From Bacteroidia bacterium (GTDB lineage: Bacteria > Bacteroidota > Bacteroidia > SpSt-205): a DNA stretch of 64,000 bases. Below, piece after piece: positions 1 to 9,166 of the stretch. The DNA is taken from the NCBI GenBank assembly GCA_025054525.1, contig JANWZJ010000001.1, forward strand, positions 45,052 through 109,051, written 5' to 3'. Both the position numbers and the translations under genes were made by a program. The first letter of the stretch is position 1. Each line of letters begins with the position of its first letter. The notes beneath the pieces are model-generated. The model saw only the letters and a list, made by a program, of their open reading frames with translations, had not been told where the DNA came from and did not search any database.

Positions 1-221
1 AGGTCAGAAGCCCCCCAAGCTAAGCCCACGGCTATCAGGGGGCGCCAAACCCTCTTACCCCACTTGCGCACCAGTATCCCCACCGCCCATACGTATAAAG
101 GAATCCACAACCATCCTTTCGTTGCGTACCACACTAGGGTATCCCATGGGACATGTCCTGCGAGGTTTAGCTTGAGTAAGAGCCACTCGTCCCAAGCAGA
201 AAGAGTTCGGCTTAACTCCAT
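1..221 (-). CDS. PAP2-superfamily phosphatase-like membrane protein, N-terminal part only (gene runs off the window start)
   Basis: Minus-strand frame not in the ORF track: ATG at complement of 219-221, then MELSRTLSAWDEWLLLKLNLAGHVPWDTLVWYATKGWLWIPLYVWAVGILV..., open to position 1. The WDxxLLxxLN plus hydrophobic helix pattern resembles PAP2/undecaprenyl-diphosphatase-like proteins. Lies 42 nt downstream of the Omp85 gene on the same strand. Confidence 0.35.
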   Translation of the reverse strand, partial: MELSRTLSAWDEWLLLKLNLAGHVPWDTLVWYATKGWLWIPLYVWAVGILVRKWGKRVWRPLIAVGLAWGASD

Positions 222-263
222 CGTTACCCCTGTATTTAGACAAAGGTATAAGGTAGGGCTTGT

Positions 264-2660
264 CTAAAAAGGATAACCTACGGCAAATACATATTGTACG
301 CCTGTGGCGCCGAGGGGAAATTGGCGCAGAACCCATCCACTGGCGGGATTGTAGATTTGCTGGGCTACATCTACGCGCACAGCCAGCACACCAAAGTCCC
401 AACGCAGTCCTATTCCACCTCCTATGCCCGGCCATGGCGCATGCCAGAAAATTCCCCGCGCATCCTCAAAGTAGGTAGAGGATATAAACCAGACATTCCC
501 TATGTCTACGAATGGCGCCATTTGCAAACCCCGATATAGGTTCTGCCTAAGTTCTATGTTGAACTCTGCCAGAAGGCTACCCCCTGGAATAAGGAAAAGA
601 TTGTCTCCAAAGGCGTATTTCCCAGGTCCTAAGCCGCCAAACTGCCAAGCCCGCATGCTATTCGGTCCTCCTACAAAGAACCGATTCTCAAACGGGAGGT
701 CTAAAGTATAATAGAGTCCTTGCCCTGCGCCTATCCTGCCCCGAAGGTAAAGCTGTTGAGAGGAGAGCAATCTATACCGAAGGCGCCCCTCTACCAGAGC
801 CCGCAGAAAAACCCCATAAGGAAACCGGTTCAGAAAGCGATTATCGCGGTAGGTACTATCCCACTGTGGGAAGGTCATAACCAAAAGGTGTTCCACGAAA
901 AAAGGCAGTACTCCCCCCAGCTCCACCAGAAAGGAAGAGTAATCTCCTTTCTTGGCGATGGGGGAGAAATAGTTTTTGTGGGAGGAGACTTGCCAAGCTA
1001 TTAGCTGGGTAAGTCGGGGTAAATAGTCTCTCAGGATGAGGCTTCTCACTAAAGGAGAGAGATTGTCTATTTGCTGGGCGAAAGCAGGGGAGAAACGAGT
1101 GCTGACAAAAGTCAGACTGAGAGGTGTCCAGATTTGGTCTTCTTGGCGCTGGTCTTTGAACTGATATTGTACTTGGCGGCTCCAGGAAAGCGTAAGATAA
1201 CGACGCAGAAACTCTATTTGACGGATGTCTTGATAGGAGAGCAGGAGGCTATGGAAGCGGCGCGAAAGGGTCTGAGGCAGAGGGAGGGGTGCGGCTTCGC
1301 CTAAGCGGAAAATACCTTCGGGAAAAGTGAGGGATAACTCACCTATGACATTGTACAGAGGCAAGGGCGGCGCACTAAGGCTGGGGCGGAAATAGCTGAG
1401 AGCGACTTGTCCCCGCAGACGCAAGGGAGCAGCCCGCCGAAACGGAGAAAGATACGTCCCTCGCACACTGGCACTGGCACCCGGTAGGGATACATTTCCT
1501 ACCAGCGGCTGGGAAGACTGAAAGCCTTCTATACTAAGTCCCATATCTATCGGAGGCCTCAAAAAAACCTCATAGTTTATATGGACGCTGTCCCCTTCGG
1601 GGTTTGATGAAGGACCTACCCACTGTACGACCTCTAATGCTTGCAGGGAACGCTGCGAGGCTTGTACGACTTGATGGTCATAATAAGGGGTTTTTCCATA
1701 ATACACCTTCCGCAGGAGAATGCGTGGGTCTATGACGGCTTCTGCTCTTTCATCACTGCGTACTTCTATGCCGTGATAGTAGGCCTTCTGCGTAGGCTCG
1801 CTATCCGAAGTACGCAAAGTAAGCTGTATCCGACCTGCCACATACCGCTGATATCTTTCTGGAAGGAGCAAGCGTACGCGACAGGAGGGGTATTCCGCTT
1901 GCGGAAGTCCTATCCATCGCCGCAGGATATTTTTTTCAGATGCTGGCTGCGCAGACATGCTGGTGGTATCTATTTCCCAAATGAGCTGCGCCAAAGGCAA
2001 TCCATAATACCCCGACTCTAATAAAATCTCATGTAGCTCTTCTCTAAGTTTGTCTAAACGGCTAAGGTTGTAGGGTTCTCCAATTATCATGTGGTCTGCG
2101 AAGAAATCTGCCGCTATTCCTACCATTGCGGGGTCAGGCCCCTCCACATCTATTTCTTGAATATGCCACTGCGGTCCTGGACGAATACGGTATATGACTT
2201 CTACTTCCTTCTCAGTGAAGGGACGAATCTGAGGCTGGATAGCGACCTGGAAATACCCTTGCTGCACATATGCCTCCCGTAGTAAAGCCACATCGCGAGT
2301 AATGTTGCGATCCAAAAGGAGTGCGGGTGGCTCTCCGATTTTTTCTTGGAGGTTATAGCCCAGGGCGTAAATATAGTAGCGCAGCTTAGGAATGCGACGG
2401 AGGGTTCTCCAGAACACATGACGGCTTTCGGTGAGCACTTTTCCTGCCCAGTACAGTTGAAGTCCTGTCCGAATCCCTAAGGCGCGGGCATTACTTCGGG
2501 TATAGAGGGGGGGCAGCTCTTCCAGGAGGTTTCCTCGGAAGGAAGGTTCGCGAGCGACGAGCCGTTCGTTGGGGGCTAAGAAGCGTGCGGGGGAGCAGGC
2601 TGCCAGAAAGCTAAGCAAAATCCACAGCTCGGCCAGCCGCTGGCGCATGAAAAGTGCCAT
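264..2660 (-). CDS. bamA: Omp85-family outer membrane protein assembly factor (BamA-like; POTRA repeats + C-terminal beta-barrel)
   Basis: About 800 aa. The C-terminus GGIGLRWDFGVLAVRVDVAQ...VQYVFAVGYPF (terminal F) is typical of an Omp85/D15 barrel. Internal Met MALFMRQRLAELWILLSFLAACSPA is a good signal peptide, so I place the start at 2660 (or 2648). The track start 2813 would overlap pyrC by about 200 nt. Confidence 0.6.
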   Translation of the reverse strand: MALFMRQRLAELWILLSFLAACSPARFLAPNERLVAREPSFRGNLLEELPPLYTRSNARALGIRTGLQLYWAGKVLTESRHVFWRTLRRIPKLRYYIYALGYNLQEKIGEPPALLLDRNITRDVALLREAYVQQGYFQVAIQPQIRPFTEKEVEVIYRIRPGPQWHIQEIDVEGPDPAMVGIAADFFADHMIIGEPYNLSRLDKLREELHEILLESGYYGLPLAQLIWEIDTTSMSAQPASEKNILRRWIGLPQAEYPSCRVRLLLPERYQRYVAGRIQLTLRTSDSEPTQKAYYHGIEVRSDERAEAVIDPRILLRKVYYGKTPYYDHQVVQASQRSLQALEVVQWVGPSSNPEGDSVHINYEVFLRPPIDMGLSIEGFQSSQPLVGNVSLPGASASVRGTYLSPFRRAAPLRLRGQVALSYFRPSLSAPPLPLYNVIGELSLTFPEGIFRLGEAAPLPLPQTLSRRFHSLLLSYQDIRQIEFLRRYLTLSWSRQVQYQFKDQRQEDQIWTPLSLTFVSTRFSPAFAQQIDNLSPLVRSLILRDYLPRLTQLIAWQVSSHKNYFSPIAKKGDYSSFLVELGGVLPFFVEHLLVMTFPQWDSTYRDNRFLNRFPYGVFLRALVEGRLRYRLLSSQQLYLRGRIGAGQGLYYTLDLPFENRFFVGGPNSMRAWQFGGLGPGKYAFGDNLFLIPGGSLLAEFNIELRQNLYRGLQMAPFVDIGNVWFISSTYFEDARGIFWHAPWPGIGGGIGLRWDFGVLAVRVDVAQQIYNPASGWVLRQFPLGATGVQYVFAVGYPF

Positions 2661-3933
2661 CCCAGAAACTAAGCTGTCCGTTGACCCAAGTGGCTTGGAC
2701 TTTTCCGTGCAGAGTGCGCCCCGCCAAAGGCGACCAGCGACACAAGCTGTAATGCTGCGCAGACCCCACAGAAGGGACACGGGTAGAGGCTTGCGCATCA
2801 AAAAGTACCCCATCTGCCCAAAAGCCTTCTCGTAACATACCCCGCTGCTGAATATTCCACAAGCGAGCAGGAGCGTGAGCCATCTTCTCTACCCAAAAAC
2901 TCAGCGATAATCCCCGAGCCTGTCCTATCGTGTATAACCAAGGCAAAAGATATCCGTGCGCAGGTACCCCCGAGGGGGCCTCGTAGTAAGAGCGCATTTT
3001 TTCTTCTATCGTGTGGGGGGCGTGGTCAGTGCCTACTACTTCTATCACCCCTTCCTCTAATCCGCGCCAGAGCATTTCCTGGTCTTCTATGCGCTTGAGC
3101 GAAGGATTGCATTTGAGGAAGTTGCGATAGCGGGGGAAGTCCTCTTTGCTCCAAGTTAGATACACAGGACAAGTCTCTGCCGATACATGAGCAGGACGAT
3201 GCCGCAGGAGATTGACCTCTTGAGCGGTAGTAAGGTGGACAATATGCAAGGCGACTTGACTCTCACAGGCCAACTCCAAAAGCCAGCGAGTGCTTTCTAT
3301 GCAAGCCTCAGGCGGACGCAAGCGATAATGTAAATCAGGTACCTTTTCCCAGGTAGCACTGGGGTATTGGCGCTGGGCGGCTTGAATCAGCGACTCCTTC
3401 TCACTATGAAAGACTAAGCGCACAGGGCTTTCACGCACTAATCTATGCAGTATCTTCTCATCTGTAAGCAGCAGTTCTCCTGTGGAAGAAGCTAAGAATA
3501 TCTTCACGCCGGGCACTGCCTTAGGCGAAAGTCGATGGATTTCCTTTATATTGTCAGAGGTAGCCCCGAAGTAGAAGGCATAGTTAGTCCAGCAGCGGTT
3601 TTGCGCCAAGTGCATTTTCGCTTCCCAGCGTTCTTGGGTAGTGGTGGGGGGAGAGGTATTAGGCATGTCAAAGATAGTCGTAACCCCCCCTGCCAGCGCC
3701 GCCCTACTCTCTGTATAGAGATTGCCCTTGTGAGTAAGCCCAGGCTCGCGAAAATGCACATGCGTATCTATGAGCCCAGGGAGAAGGTACATGCCTTTTG
3801 CTCGTACTTCTTTACCTACGGCTTTATCGGGCACTACTCCTAATGCCTGCCAGCGTCCTTCCTTTATCCACGCATCTCCTTCCCGTTCTCCCTCAGGTAG
3901 AAGCATCCGCACTTCACGCAGAATCCAATTCAT
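2611..3933 (-). CDS. pyrC: dihydroorotase (multimeric ~440-aa type)
   Basis: LIDTHVHFREPGLTHKGNLYTESRAALAGGVTTIFDMPNT metal-binding amidohydrolase motif. The track start at 3942 is a TTG; ATG at 3933-3931 gives a classic ATGA overlap with the queA stop. Confidence 0.7.
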   Translation of the reverse strand: MNWILREVRMLLPEGEREGDAWIKEGRWQALGVVPDKAVGKEVRAKGMYLLPGLIDTHVHFREPGLTHKGNLYTESRAALAGGVTTIFDMPNTSPPTTTQERWEAKMHLAQNRCWTNYAFYFGATSDNIKEIHRLSPKAVPGVKIFLASSTGELLLTDEKILHRLVRESPVRLVFHSEKESLIQAAQRQYPSATWEKVPDLHYRLRPPEACIESTRWLLELACESQVALHIVHLTTAQEVNLLRHRPAHVSAETCPVYLTWSKEDFPRYRNFLKCNPSLKRIEDQEMLWRGLEEGVIEVVGTDHAPHTIEEKMRSYYEAPSGVPAHGYLLPWLYTIGQARGLSLSFWVEKMAHAPARLWNIQQRGMLREGFWADGVLFDAQASTRVPSVGSAQHYSLCRWSPLAGRTLHGKVQATWVNGQLSFWDGTFHAPAAGRAVDFA

Positions 3934-5057
3934 TCCCGCCAAAGAAGGGAAGTATCTCCATAGCTCAGAAACCGAAACCCTTGCTCTAAGGCATAGCGAT
4001 ATACCTTTTGTATTCCTTCCAGCCCTATGAAGGCTTGCACTAAGGCAAGAAGCGTACTGCCTGGCAAATGAAAGTTCGTGATGAGCCCGCGCACGAGCTT
4101 GAAGGGGTAGCCGGGCAAGACATAGAGAGCAGTAGTGCCCCGCACTGGGGCAGGTAAAGCCGCAAGCGCTTGACTCGCAGGCATATCAGAAGCCAAGTCC
4201 TTCCAGGGGAACTTCGGGACTTGGATTACATTCTGCCCTTGAAGACGCAGCACACCTAACCAGTACAAACTCTCTATTACCCGCAAACTGGTAGTACCTA
4301 CGCATACGATTGGACCCGAAGCCTTACGCAGCGCCATGAGCGTATGCAGAGGTACATAAAACCACTCTTCTCCTACCTCATGCTCTTCGGGGACTTCCAT
4401 TCGCTGTATGGGCAAGAAAGTGCCTATTCCCACATGCAGAGTAACAGGATAGAGCATGATGCCTTTTCGTTGCAGACTCTCCAAGACCGCTTGGGTGAAG
4501 TGCAAACCCGCCGTGGGGGCCGCCACCGACCCCGGCAACCGCGCAAAGAAAGTCTGATACCGCTCCCTATCCTCAGAAGAGGCTTCTCGCTCTACATAGG
4601 GGGGAAGTGGCACCTCACCCAACCTCTCCAGCACTTGAAGGGCAGAGAGCTGCGGTGGCGACCAACTCACCTCAAAAAGCCCTTCCCGCTCATTCGCTTC
4701 TCCCACCCAGTGCACCTTCAAATGAACCCCTGCCTCTTCCCATACAAGCGCTTCCCCCTTCCGCCAAAACTTACCTGGACGAAATAACCCCCTCCACCGC
4801 TGGGGCGAGCCTTGATTCCATCCTCCCTCCTCTATCCGAGTCAAAAGAAACTCCCGATTACCCTGCCGCAGCCGAGCAGGAACGACCTTGCTGTCGTTGT
4901 AAATCAGTAGAGCACCTTCAGGCAAATACTGAGCTAAGTGGAGAAATGTACTTTCTGTGATATTCCCCTGTGCATATATGAGCAGGCGAGCCTGGTCTCG
5001 TTCGGTTAGAGGATGTTGGGCGATTCGGTCAGGGGGCAACTCGTAGGACCACAACAT
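3930..5057 (-). CDS. queA: S-adenosylmethionine:tRNA ribosyltransferase-isomerase
   Basis: N-terminus MLWSYELPPDRIAQHPLTERDQARLLIY and C-terminal VTNFHLPGSTLLALVQAF...FLSYGD are collinear with QueA. ATG start verified at 5057. Confidence 0.85.
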   Translation of the reverse strand: MLWSYELPPDRIAQHPLTERDQARLLIYAQGNITESTFLHLAQYLPEGALLIYNDSKVVPARLRQGNREFLLTRIEEGGWNQGSPQRWRGLFRPGKFWRKGEALVWEEAGVHLKVHWVGEANEREGLFEVSWSPPQLSALQVLERLGEVPLPPYVEREASSEDRERYQTFFARLPGSVAAPTAGLHFTQAVLESLQRKGIMLYPVTLHVGIGTFLPIQRMEVPEEHEVGEEWFYVPLHTLMALRKASGPIVCVGTTSLRVIESLYWLGVLRLQGQNVIQVPKFPWKDLASDMPASQALAALPAPVRGTTALYVLPGYPFKLVRGLITNFHLPGSTLLALVQAFIGLEGIQKVYRYALEQGFRFLSYGDTSLLWRE

Positions 5058-5102
5058 ATCGCCAAAGTTAGCGGTTTAGTGCGTGCTACCTTTGCAGGTA
5101 TT

Positions 5103-6857
5103 ATGCCTTTCTGGCACGAGCAGCTTGACCGCTGGCAGCAAGCCTGGCGTAATGAGGGTCTGCCAGCACTACCACGCGTTTCCCTCACTCCCCCTGACCG
5201 CCAAGGCATCCTTACCTTCAATATCTTTCCCCTTCTCTCACACTTCCGAGGTAACGCCCAGGCAGCCGCCGAAGCCGTACTGCGCCCCATACCTCACATC
5301 CAGCACAGCGAAGTCATCAAAGGCTTCCTCAACCTCCACTTCAGCGTAGAGTTCTGGCGGGATTTCCTAACTGCTGTATTGGAAAGGGCAGAGCAAGGCT
5401 ATACCCGAACCGCCATAGCCCAGCAGGAACATCTCATGATAGAGTACCCCTCCCCTAACACCAATAAGCCTCTGCACTTAGGGCATTTACGCAACCTGTG
5501 CATGGGTGAATCTGTGAGTCGTTTATGGGAACGATTAGGTGCTCGAGTCGTCCGAGCCAATCTCGTTAATGACCGCGGGATTCACATCAGCAAGTCCATG
5601 CTGGGCTGGAAGAAGTTTTTCGCACCTCTCACCCCCGAAACAGCCCGTAAAAAGGGTGATCATTTTGTTGGAGACTGCTACGTAGCGTTTGAGAAAGCCT
5701 ACAAGGAACAAGTAGATGCGCTCTTAGCCCAGGGAATGCCTGAGAGCGAAGCCCTTATACAAGCCCCTCTTTTTCAGGAGGCCCAACATTTGCTGCGCCT
5801 TTGGGAGAAGGGCGACCCAGAGACCCTCCACCTCTGGAAAACGATGAATGACTGGGTCTATGCCGGTTTTGACGCTACCTTTGCTCGGCTCGGTATCCGA
5901 TTTGATAAAGTCTATTATGAATCTCAAACATACACCGAAGGCAAAAAAATCGTAGAGCAGGGCCTACAAGCAGGGCTATTTTACAGGGCAGAGGACGGCT
6001 CTGCATGGGCAGACCTTTCAGCAGAAGGACTGGGACAAAAAATCCTCCTGCGCCGTGATGGGACCTCAGTCTATATCACCCAGGACTTGGGGACAGCCGA
6101 CCTCAAATTCCGAGATTATCCTACCCTCACCCGCTCCGTATATGTAATCGGAAATGAACAAGACCATCATATGCGGGTGCTGATTGCCCTTCTGCGGAGG
6201 TTAGGGCGCACATGGGCTGATAAAGTCTATCATCTCTCCTATGGCATGGTAGAACTACCTACGGGTCGCATGAAAACAAGAGAGGGCACAGTCGTGGATG
6301 CGGATGACCTTTTAGAAGAAATGCATGCCCGAGCCTACGAGCTAACCGACCCTAATCTGCCAGAGGAGGAGCGTCATGCCATCGCCGAAGCAGTCGGGCA
6401 AGGAGCCCTGCGCTTCTACCTCCTGCGTACAGACCCCAGCAAGAATATCGTATTTGACCCGGCGGAGTCCATAGACCTGAAGGGCTTTACAGGGCCTTTC
6501 CTGCAATATGGCTATGTACGCGCTCAACGACTTTACGAGAAAGCCACCCAGAGTCATCTGCCTCCGAACCCTTCTCCATATGCGGAGACACTTCACCCTA
6601 TTGAGGAGAGTCTCTTACAGCAGCTATATGCCCTACCTTCCTTCTTAGAAAGTGCCGCTACTACCTATAATCCTGCCCTCTTGGCTCATTATGGGTATGA
6701 ACTGACACGCCGATTTAATGAACTCTACCAAAACCTACCAGTACTCCATGCTGAAAAGGCAGTAGGTGCTTTCCGATTGATGCTTGTCGTCGCCTACCAA
6801 AAGGCAATAGGGGCGGTTTTAGAGGCACTGGCTATACCCCTGCCCGCCAAAATGTAG
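5103..6857 (+). CDS. argS: arginine--tRNA ligase
   Basis: HLGHLRN (HIGH-class) and MKTREG (KMSKS-like) motifs and a DALR-type C-terminus. Track start 5013 would overlap queA head-to-head, so ATG at 5103 is preferred. Confidence 0.85.
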   Translation: MPFWHEQLDRWQQAWRNEGLPALPRVSLTPPDRQGILTFNIFPLLSHFRGNAQAAAEAVLRPIPHIQHSEVIKGFLNLHFSVEFWRDFLTAVLERAEQGYTRTAIAQQEHLMIEYPSPNTNKPLHLGHLRNLCMGESVSRLWERLGARVVRANLVNDRGIHISKSMLGWKKFFAPLTPETARKKGDHFVGDCYVAFEKAYKEQVDALLAQGMPESEALIQAPLFQEAQHLLRLWEKGDPETLHLWKTMNDWVYAGFDATFARLGIRFDKVYYESQTYTEGKKIVEQGLQAGLFYRAEDGSAWADLSAEGLGQKILLRRDGTSVYITQDLGTADLKFRDYPTLTRSVYVIGNEQDHHMRVLIALLRRLGRTWADKVYHLSYGMVELPTGRMKTREGTVVDADDLLEEMHARAYELTDPNLPEEERHAIAEAVGQGALRFYLLRTDPSKNIVFDPAESIDLKGFTGPFLQYGYVRAQRLYEKATQSHLPPNPSPYAETLHPIEESLLQQLYALPSFLESAATTYNPALLAHYGYELTRRFNELYQNLPVLHAEKAVGAFRLMLVVAYQKAIGAVLEALAIPLPAKM

Positions 6858-6861
6858 TCCT

Positions 6862-7701
6862 TCAAAACTTAATATCAATCTTCTCACGCAGGGCAGCGTA
6901 GAGGTTTCTTCTTTCTATATCCCCTTCCCTTTCATAGGCCTGCTCCAAATGCCGAATAAGCCGAAGAACAAGATAAGGAGGTGAGAGTGGTGTGTAATGA
7001 GCGAGGTTTTCAGAGAGGCCCATTTGTCCTAACAGAGCCTTGAGCTGGGAGGGAAGAAGCAGAAAGCCATGCTGATAAGGGTCTATGTAAAAATGAAGAT
7101 TCCCATCAAAGTAGCGCACTAAATACCGCGTATTAATCTGGATAAGGCTCACACTGAGCCCAAGCTCTGAGGTTACTAAGTAGTACAGCGTACTCAACGA
7201 GAAGCTATTCCCCCGGCGCGTTTCCAGCACATGATGAAGGAAAAAATACCGAGAAGCCTGAGACTGAACTTTCTCGGCTTGGAATCGCTCATGTAGGAAT
7301 AGATGCTGATTGATGGTGAGGATTTTCTCAATTGGTTCGCTCTGTTGGGGTAGTTGAAGCCAAGTGGTATGCACGAGTCGCCGGTACGCTGCCACATAAC
7401 GGCTTACCTCCAACGAAGGATACCGCAACTGTGCTACATACATCAGGGCAGGAAATAGAGGCTGTTCGGGCTTGAGGCGCCACTCGTATAGGTTTTTCCC
7501 CACCCATTCTAACTGAATAGCCTCTAAAAGTTCCTCTATGCGCTGACGTAAAGCAGGGTCTTGAGTCTCCCACCAATACTGCTCTAATAGCGGTACTGCT
7601 TCTTTGCCTGCTTCTATGAGAGCTTCTTGGATATGGGCTTGAATCTCTGGGTCGGGATCATCCAGAAGAGACATAATTGCACGAAGCTGCTCAGAAGGCA
7701 T
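6862..7701 (-). CDS. transglutaminase-like/TPR protein of the SirB1/YchA (UPF0162) family
   Basis: TRRGNSFSLSTLYYLVTSELGLSVSLIQINTRYLVRYFDGNLHFYIDPYQHG aligns with E. coli YchA (RQGSAVSLGAVLLWVANRLDLPLLPVIFP...NPFNGE). Track start 7722 is GTG; the first ATG is at 7701. Confidence 0.55.
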   Translation of the reverse strand: MPSEQLRAIMSLLDDPDPEIQAHIQEALIEAGKEAVPLLEQYWWETQDPALRQRIEELLEAIQLEWVGKNLYEWRLKPEQPLFPALMYVAQLRYPSLEVSRYVAAYRRLVHTTWLQLPQQSEPIEKILTINQHLFLHERFQAEKVQSQASRYFFLHHVLETRRGNSFSLSTLYYLVTSELGLSVSLIQINTRYLVRYFDGNLHFYIDPYQHGFLLLPSQLKALLGQMGLSENLAHYTPLSPPYLVLRLIRHLEQAYEREGDIERRNLYAALREKIDIKF

Positions 7702-9166
7702 GAACGAATATACGATTTTCACTACCTTAGGCGATGTGTCGCGCTATGACTTGGTAGTTGTGGGGGGAGGTGCCGCAGGATTTGCGGCTGCGATGCGCGC
7801 GATGGACCTGCATAAGAAAGTCTTGCTCATAGAGCGCAATCGCATAGGTGGTAATGCCGTGTTCAACGGCGCTCTTTCCTCTAAGACTTGGTGGGAACTC
7901 TCGCGCGATTTTGATAAACTCTTTCTTACCGACAGAGGCTATCAAGTAAAGGAATACAACTACTCTTTCTCGGAGTTTCGGGAGATTGTACGACAAGCCA
8001 CAGAAGAGCGACACGCCCAAATGCTGCGCCAACTTCACTACTACGAGCAGCAGAGAGTGTTGGAAGTCGTGTATGGTCGTGCTGAGTTTGCTGATGCTCG
8101 CTCTATGTGGGTTTATCCCCAGAAAGGAAGCCCCTTTCGGGTAGAGGCTCCTCATTTTCTTTTAGCAACAGGTAGCCGACCGCGCCTCCTCCCGAATCTC
8201 CCCATAGACGGCAAGAGAGTCTTCACCAGCGACCATATAGATCAGTTAGAAGAGTTTCCCCGAGAACTCCTCATCATTGGCTCTGGGGTTATAGGGTGTG
8301 AGTTTGCCACGATTTTCTCCACTTTTCCCAACCTGCGCGTGACGATGATTGAGAAAGCGGCTCGTATCTTACCCTACGAAGATGAGGACATCTCTCAGGT
8401 CATCATGCGAAACCTCTCTGAATGCAACGTACGCTTTTTCACTGAGTCGCAGCTCAAAGACATCAAGGTTACTGACGACGGCATCTGGTACAAGGTACAG
8501 CGCAAAGATGGTAAGGTTTGGGAGGAGTATGCTACGCATGCATTAGTTGCCGTAGGACGCATTCCTAATAGTGAAGGTTTGGGCTTGGATAAAGCAGGCG
8601 TGGAAGTAGAGCCCTCTGGACAAGTACCCACCGAGCAGACCCAGACTAACGTGCCATACATTTATGCAGTAGGGGATTTAGACACGCAGCGCGCAGGCTT
8701 CGTGAATGTAGCTGAGCAGGAAGGGCGCTATGCCGTAGAGCGCATGTTCGGCAAAGTGCGCCGTCCTTTGGAGTACGACCACCTTTCCTGGATCATGTTT
8801 CTGCGCCCGGAAGTCGCAGGCGTCGGACTCAACGAACAGCAAGCACGCGCCGAAGGTTATGCCTATCGTGTGATTCGCTACAGCTACGACCTCACTGCGC
8901 GTGGCATCGCCATGCGCACCCGCCGTAGTTTCTTCAAACTCATTACCACGGATGAACCCGACCCTTATATCTTAGGCTGCCGAGCCGTAGGCCCCCAAGC
9001 CTCCAGCATTATTGGGCTCGTGGCAATGATGATACGCTTCTCTCGCAGACTTAGTGATCTGACGACTATTCTCCAGCCGCATCCTTCGCTTACGGAGGGC
9101 ATTCAAGAAGCGGCGCGCGCCCTGCTGGGTGAGGCTATCTTTAGGCCTGAGATGCATGCTGAATGA
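7700..9166 (+). CDS. class-I pyridine nucleotide-disulfide oxidoreductase family flavoprotein (dihydrolipoyl dehydrogenase-like) lacking the redox-active Cys pair
   Basis: FAD GxGxxG (DLVVVGGGAAGFAAA) and NAD GxGxxG (IIGSGVIGCEFA) motifs. C-terminal HPSLTEG corresponds to the Lpd His-Glu dyad. GGNAVFNGALSSK sits where Lpd/GR/MerA enzymes have GGTCLNVGCIPSK. Confidence 0.7.
   Translation: MNEYTIFTTLGDVSRYDLVVVGGGAAGFAAAMRAMDLHKKVLLIERNRIGGNAVFNGALSSKTWWELSRDFDKLFLTDRGYQVKEYNYSFSEFREIVRQATEERHAQMLRQLHYYEQQRVLEVVYGRAEFADARSMWVYPQKGSPFRVEAPHFLLATGSRPRLLPNLPIDGKRVFTSDHIDQLEEFPRELLIIGSGVIGCEFATIFSTFPNLRVTMIEKAARILPYEDEDISQVIMRNLSECNVRFFTESQLKDIKVTDDGIWYKVQRKDGKVWEEYATHALVAVGRIPNSEGLGLDKAGVEVEPSGQVPTEQTQTNVPYIYAVGDLDTQRAGFVNVAEQEGRYAVERMFGKVRRPLEYDHLSWIMFLRPEVAGVGLNEQQARAEGYAYRVIRYSYDLTARGIAMRTRRSFFKLITTDEPDPYILGCRAVGPQASSIIGLVAMMIRFSRRLSDLTTILQPHPSLTEGIQEAARALLGEAIFRPEMHAE

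Noticed and set aside
55-435. 126-aa minus-strand ORF and neighbouring small ORFs (64-267, 260-478, 294-539) at the window start
   Set aside because: They overlap the BamA-like C-terminus or the PAP2-like partial gene in other frames and show no protein-like composition; spurious. The real feature here is the unlisted PAP2-like partial CDS (1-221, minus strand).
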